From the human T2T-CHM13v2.0 reference genome, Homo sapiens, in NCBI RefSeq assembly GCF_009914755.1, contig NC_060935.1: DNA of 64,000 nucleotides. The stretch is one strand, 5' to 3'. Positions 58,811 through 64,000 of this stretch are shown here, piece after piece. Each line of letters opens with the position of its first letter. The stretch's first letter is position 1. The position numbers and the translations under genes were made by a program. The notes under the pieces were generated by a model, which had not been told where the DNA came from, made no database searches, and saw only the letters and a program-made list of their open reading frames with translations.

Positions 58811-59647
58811 ATGGCCTCAGCGCCCAGTGGTGCAGAGTACGCAGAGGCTGAAACAAAGGCTTGAGTGTGAGCCCTTCATGGAGAAGTATGATCTGAGGTG
58901 GGGTGAGCAAGGCTGGAAGGACAGGGGGCGACACAAAGGCACAGACTTGAACTTGCTATTGCTACCCTCACTGGTCGCTCAAACCAAGAGATTCCCCAAG
59001 GAGTGTGTGACTGTTTTCCTGGACTTTCCTCTGGAGAGGGGAAAACATTAATCCCGCCTTCATCCATCAGCAACCACCCTCTGCTAGAGTCATCCACAAA
59101 CTCCGGTACGGTGCACGAGTGGGTCGCAGTGTGACCACGAGAGGCGTCACTCCTACTGCCCATGAATTCCTGGGGACACAGCCCCGTGTGCCGGCCATTA
59201 GCTCAGTGCATTCACCACACACTGGAAGACGGGGTCCCAATGCCACTGGGTGTTGCCCTGAGCTGACACCTTAGCAGAGTCTTTAGCAAGATGCTCTCAC
59301 ATTCCCTTGGACTGATGCTTCTGGCTTATGGGAATATATCTGTTGTAAGCCTGACAGATCTCACCAGTGTGTGCTCCAGAGAGCGTCTCCCTCACTGTAA
59401 AATGTGTCCTTGCTTCAAGGCATCTGCCAATTCCTTGGAGACAGATTCTGTCAGCCCTTTGATTGATGTGGGCAGAGCACTGTGAACGCAGAAGGCAAAT
59501 ACATATCTAGAGTAATGCCAATTCCTAAAAAGACAAGTGTTATCTCCTTTAGACTAGAAGGGGACCAATATAATCAACTTACCACTAAGTGGTTGGTCAG
59601 AGCCCTCAAGGAATGAGGCCTTATTGAAGGTTTGTCATTACTGTCTG

Positions 59648-59990
<343 letters not shown>

Positions 59991-60196
59991 TGAAAGGTTG
60001 GGCAGACCAGCATGATCTGTAGAATATCAAGATGATTATGGTACCTGTGAAGTATATTCTTTGGAGAACAGGAGTTATTATAACATAGATCTGGAGTGAG
60101 ATTGTGAATATCCTTCCTATCTAATGATAAATTGCTTTTTATCCTCTTTACTGATCAGGATGGAGAACACATTTGCTATAGCAATAGCTGCACACC

Positions 60197-61999
60197 TTCC
60201 AACTTCCAATTCTGGCCAAAAGTAACTTTCCTGCCACAAACAACTCTAAAACTGGGGAACGGGGGAGGGATATGAAGCAACTGTGCTCAGGCATTGGCTA
60301 CAGGCAGCAAAGACTGTGATCTCTAAGAGAAGGGAAACTCCTGATGTGAGCCCATGGATTGCCCTGCCTCTCTCCCTAAGGAAAATGTCCTAACTGTGGT
60401 CCAGGGGGCTTAGCGAGAGCATAGCAATTTTACCCAGCTGAAGAGGCTGCCAAATAGCTGGATCTATGGGTCAGGGCACCAGAAACAGGGGAAGCTCTTC
60501 CAAGCATGGGTACCTCAAAAGTTTGTGTGGGGGTCACCCACAGTCCTCGGACAAAGGTGGAGCTGTGTATATACAGGGAAAGATTGAAGAATTACCAGAG
60601 ATCAGTTGCTATGCAGTTGAGAGGGAGAATGATGCTGAGACATATTGGAACTCCAGCTCAGCCAGAGGGGAGTGGTTTCATTTATATCCCAGACATAAGA
60701 GACATCAGAAAAATCATGCCTCAGGAGTAAGGACCATAATCTAGAATAAGGTCTACTCTATACTCTCTAACTAAACCTAAAACTAAGCCTCAACAAGAGT
60801 ACCACATATAGCTGGAAGGCAAAACTTGGAGGATGAGTTAAATCAACTTAGTGGGGCTTGGGAAACACTAGATCCTAGTCTATGCAAATTCAAGTTATCT
60901 GTCAGAATCAAACTGCCTGCTAGAATAGAAATCAACGGTACTCAGAAGCAAATAGCAGAATCCTAGATTTCTAGGGTCTGTTATCGGCAATGTCCAGAAT
61001 ATAATAAAAACAAATTCTAGACATCCAAGCAACAGGAAAACGTGAGCCATACTCAGAAAAAAAGGCATCAATTGGAAATGACACTGAGATGTCCCAGATG
61101 TTGCACTTAGCAGACATAGACTTTAAAACTGTTATTATAATAAATATGTTAAGGGTTTAAAGAAAAATATGGTGTTAATGACTGAATGGATAGGGAATTT
61201 CAGCAGAGAAATTAAAACTTAGAGAAGGAACCAAATGGAAATTCTACAACTCAAAAACACAAAGCAAATGAAAAAGTAGCTGGATTGACTTAAAAGAAGA
61301 TTAGAAATGACAGAATAAATGATCGAAAGACAAATCAGTGGAAACTATGCAATCTAAATAACAGAGATAAAAAAAAATGTAAAGAAAGTAACAGATCCTG
61401 AGATAACTATGGAATAAAATCAAATGGCCTAGCAATGTGTAATTATAGTCCTAGAAGGAAAGAGGGTGATAACAAGGCAGAAAAAAGTCTGAAGAAATAA
61501 GGCAAAACTTTTCCAAAAGTTGATGGGAATCATCAACTTACAGATCCAAGTAAATCAGTGAACCCTAAACAGAACAATTGCCAAGAAAAACCACACCTAG
61601 GCACACCATAGTAAAACTGCTGAAAACCAAAGATAAAGAGAAAATCTTGAAAACATTCAGGGGAAAAAAATGTACATTACAAGGAGGGAAACAAAGATAC
61701 AAATCGTACTGATGCCTCATCAGAAACAATAAAATCAGAAGAAAGTGCCAAGAGAGACTTAATGTGTTGAAAAAATTTTTCAACTCAGAATTCTATATCC
61801 AGTGACAATACCCTTCAAAAACAAGAGTGGAGGAAAGGATGAAATAAAGGTCTCTTTAGACCCATAAAACCTGAAAGCATTTCCCACCAGCGGATCTGTA
61901 CTGCCAGGGTGTTCTTTAGTTTGAACGGATATTATACCAATGGAAATAAGAACCCACACAAATGAATGAAGACTATCTGAACTGGTAAATAAGTGGGTA
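60197..61999 (+). mobile_element. Old L1 (L1MD/MC-type) 5'UTR plus ORF1 only
   Basis: Starts acttccaattctggccaa (L1M 5'-end-like); ORF1-like accacacctaggcacaccatagtaaaactgctgaaaaccaaagataaagagaaaatcttgaaa and agaattctatatccag; ends in inter-ORF-like sequence. Confidence 0.8.
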
Positions 62000-62740
62000 A
62001 ATAGTCACATGCCAAATATCAGAGATTGTGTCAATCTGCTCCAGTAAATTCACCACATCTGGCACAGCAGCAGCAACGAGGTTAAGTTTACATGGTAAAA
62101 TTTACCATACCATCATGCACCATGATCTGTCTGTTTTGGCAGGGGCCAGAGAGGTGAATTGGATGACAATGCCACGGCGCAGCATCACTACATACTTTAG
62201 GTTTTTTGTGATGGTCCTAAATCCCTGCAGTTCCCCCTGGTTTATAGTATTGCTTCTGATTTTACCATCTTAGCCAGGAGGTGACAGTTTCAGGGGCTTC
62301 CACTTGGTTCTTCCCACTTCATGGCTCTTTTCCCACAAGTCAGAGAATCAAAGCAAAAGTCCTGCCAATTCTGAAGTCTGGCTACTCCAATTACTACAAT
62401 AAGGGAGAGGGGAAATGACTATGAGATGAGTCCTTGGATCCAATGGCTCCACTGTGTGATGACCTTGGGCAGGAACTCCATTTATCACCTGGTCTTCTTA
62501 GGAAGGCCCCCCACCGTCCGCTGCCAGTATAACCAGGGGATAATCAGGAGTTTCAGATTGCCTGATATCAGGCCCTATATCCAACAATCCCTGAAAGTGT
62601 AAGTAATCCTCTCTCTTCAGTGCACAGTTACTCCGGTAGATAGCCACATGTCACCTCAGGAAAGCATCAGGGAAATAATTGCTGCATAAACTGGCAGTGG
62701 TATCACAGGATCCTCCCTCAAGGATACTCAACTTCCCTTT

Positions 62741-62771
62741 TAGTTAATTAGTTAATTAATTAATTAATTAA
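62741..62771. repeat. (TTAA)n microsatellite
   Basis: tagttaattagttaattaattaattaattaa. Confidence 0.9.
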
Positions 62772-64000
62772 TGGAGTCTGGGTTTGTAAACTGAAACCTA
62801 CTACTATGTATACGTCCCTGGTTCCCATTGGTACATATTCATTAGCTCCTGATTTCTTCACTAGTGAGCTCTTTCCTCTTAGAGCAGGAAATACATTTCC
62901 TCACATGGGCCATGCTCAGGGCTGACCCTAGCTATTAGCCTTATCGGCTTGGATGTACTGAGGTGGGAACACATACTGAAAATGGCTAATGTCATGTTAC
63001 ATACCTGCTTCAAGTGAGACTTTGTGAATTGGAGGAAGCTCTAGGCAAAGGGGGCATTTCTCATCGAAGGGATAAGGATATCTGCTGATGTAGAGGACTC
63101 AAAAGAATCTGGATGTACAGGATTTTCAGGTTCATCCACCTAAATGTTACCATCTTGGATCTCAAAGTCCCACTCTTTTCCTACCAGGACCCTAATTTGG
63201 ACAAAGCAGGTCTGTGCATTCAGTCTTCTTTGCTGCTCTGCCACTCTTACAATCAGATCCTGAGCCTGATTTTCAGTACAGTCTGCCTTACAGAAAATGA
63301 AAATCTATAAATGCTGCCAGAGACCCTCTGGATTCCACAGCTTGACATGAACCGACAGATGGCTAATCTAAACCTATCACTTTCTTTTTTCAAGGCTCCC
63401 AGGGCCATTTAACTAAAGGAAGCACACTCCATGCTATTCAAGTGCCACAGCCCTGCACAGCCCAATGCCTCATTTTCCATGTGCACCTCATCCCAGGCAA
63501 CCACAGGTGAGAGCCTTGGCAATGTGTGCCATAATCATCACCACTACCAGGAACGGGGCCCTCATTGATGTTTGACTAGTGAGTGATCCAATACCAAAAT
63601 CCCATCCTGGGGCTCTGCTTTCAGAGGTTATTTCTTTTTTCCAACTATCTTAGCCCAATGTTCTTAGCAAATCCTGAAACAAAGACTTAACTGCAAGTAC
63701 TTGGTTGGGAAGTGAGAATGAGTGAACAGGACTGAGGGAGAGGGGGAACAAGGAAGGGAAGAGGGGAAAGCCAAGTCAACCTGTGTCATTTGGTTAACCT
63801 CCAAACACCTGCCATTTCAAATCAATAAACATCTTCTGGGTAATAGACAAACTGCAATGCTGAGTATGTCTTAACTGAGAAGCAGGAAACCAAGGCAATT
63901 GCCTGGATTTTAAATTCAGGAGCAAACTTTAGGCAGAGGTGAGAATGTTTGGGAATGATTCTCATTCTTGCCTCAGTTCCTTGAATGTGAGGGGAAGGGG

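Noticed and set aside
59195-59220. tRNA A-box-like tagctcagtg
   Set aside because: No B-box or cloverleaf; lies within LTR-like sequence.

Overview
Primate genomic DNA, most likely human or another ape: it carries AluJ/S/Y-type SINEs and an L1PA 3' end with intact target-site duplications (TSDs). I recognise no protein-coding gene, RNA gene or CpG-island promoter, and I cannot name the locus. Nearly all ORFs in the track come from Alus, simple repeats or GC-rich noise. The only ORF-track entries with clear protein homology are transposon remnants: Tigger1 transposase and L1 ORF2. Roughly half or more of the window is interspersed repeat: about 25 Alu copies or fragments, old L1M pieces, a near-complete Tigger1, about a dozen MaLR LTRs, MER DNA transposons and MIR/L2. 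The right end holds a decayed ERVL-class provirus (LTR-gag-pro-RT-IN-LTR, minus strand). There are three large tandem arrays: a 30-bp VNTR, a TG-based minisatellite and a CA-rich tract. The most unusual sequence-level observations are: (i) a two-part templated insertion in an MLT1J LTR, copied from ~1.8 kb upstream (inverted) and ~1.8 kb downstream (direct); (ii) an L1 made only of 5'UTR+ORF1, inserted cleanly into the ERVL reverse transcriptase; (iii) a VNTR that is an array of AGGCCTAG (ZFX/ZNF711-type) motifs; (iv) candidate non-coding exons and TE-poor, CpG-retaining enhancer-like blocks. I found no evidence for a new multi-gene system. Repeat family names were assigned by eye from remembered consensus sequences, and boundaries are approximate.
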